From a virus (lineage: Duplodnaviria; Heunggongvirae; Uroviricota; Caudoviricetes), in the IMG/VR virus record IMGVR_UViG_2721755643_000005: DNA of 44,221 nucleotides. One strand, 5' to 3'. The stretch's first letter is position 1; every line of letters starts with the position of its first letter. Shown here one piece after another: positions 43,648 through 44,221 of the stretch. Both the position numbers and the translations under genes were made by a program. Below the pieces are notes generated by a model. That model worked only from the letters and a program-made list of their open reading frames with translations. It made no database searches and was not told where the DNA came from.

Positions 43648-43657
43648 GGAATGCACC

Positions 43658-44221
43658 GTGGAAATTAAAAAAATCATTAATCCCCGTTATACCGAAAGTG
43701 GCGCAGTAGACTGTGACGTTTTTTTTGACGACAGGGACCAGGCAGTCCCCTACACAGCCACCGCTGATGATGTCGCACCGACGGGTCAGCGAATCTGGCA
43801 GGAACTGCAAAGTGGCAAATGGGGTGAGATAGCCCCATTCACTGTGACACCAGAAATGCTGGAAGCGGCCAGAGAGGCCAGACGTCAGGAAATTGAAGCA
43901 TGGCGCACAGAACAGGAGGCGAAGCCGTTCACGTTTGAATGGAACGGTCGTATCTGGAATGCTGGTCCCGACTCACTGGGCCGCCTGTCCCCGGTAGTCA
44001 TGCTGGCAAAATCTGTCACAGCACAAACACATATGGCGTGGAGCGATGCCGATAATCAGCAGGTGAAACTGTCGATGCCGGAACTGGAAGAACTGGCGGC
44101 AGCAATGGTGCAGGCGCAGGTCGATCGCAACGATGAGATTTATCGCCGTCAGCGGGAGCTGAAGGAAGAGCTGAATAGTCTGAAGGATTTGAATTCGGTT
44201 AGGAATTTTATCGTGGAATAA
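43658..44221 (+). CDS. Putative tail fibre assembly/chaperone protein
   Basis: 187-aa from GTG at 43658 after GAGGA; stop is the last codon of the window. Confidence 0.45.
   Translation: MEIKKIINPRYTESGAVDCDVFFDDRDQAVPYTATADDVAPTGQRIWQELQSGKWGEIAPFTVTPEMLEAAREARRQEIEAWRTEQEAKPFTFEWNGRIWNAGPDSLGRLSPVVMLAKSVTAQTHMAWSDADNQQVKLSMPELEELAAAMVQAQVDRNDEIYRRQRELKEELNSLKDLNSVRNFIVE

Noticed and set aside
43598-43657. Upstream ATG start for the last gene
   Set aside because: Overlaps the preceding fibre gene by 50 nt without an RBS; the GTG at 43658 preceded by GAGGA fits better, though the start remains uncertain.

Overview
The window is almost entirely one lambdoid-type enterobacterial prophage, read left to right from the integrase end to the tail fibres. 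Layout: tyrosine integrase and an excisionase-like gene (1-1453, minus strand); a leftward early operon (1553-7263) with a P-loop ATPase, a 646-aa acidic protein, a Rha-family regulator and small Qin-like (YdfA/YdfB-type) ORFs; a DicA/RacR-type repressor with divergent Cro/DicC/YdaS-like and YdaT-like genes (7431-8606); an O-like initiator and DnaB-type helicase (8697-10845); an IS2 element (12031-13361) inserted into a phage gene with a 5-bp GCTGC target duplication; a visibly AT-rich cargo island (about 14.8-16.8 kb) carrying a hok-type toxin and an uncharacterised membrane-protein gene pair; Q-like antiterminator, three tRNAs plus a degenerate tRNA-like element (18807-19114); a phage-21-type lysis cassette (pinholin, SAR endolysin, Rz/Rz1); terminase, portal and capsid genes; and a contractile-tail module (sheath, tube, chaperone with a -1 frameshift site, tape measure, baseplate V/W/J/I-like genes, two tail-fibre/assembly cassettes). 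The best candidate for an undescribed system is the AT-rich island, specifically the coupled 68-aa plus 272-aa membrane-protein pair next to hok; the ATPase plus 646-aa cassette beside int/xis is a second candidate. Signs of decay (IS2 insertion, a G6-tract frame break in the tape measure gene, a frame-broken nin-region ORF) suggest the prophage may be defective. All product calls are from reading the translated ORFs and recalled family features; no database search was run.
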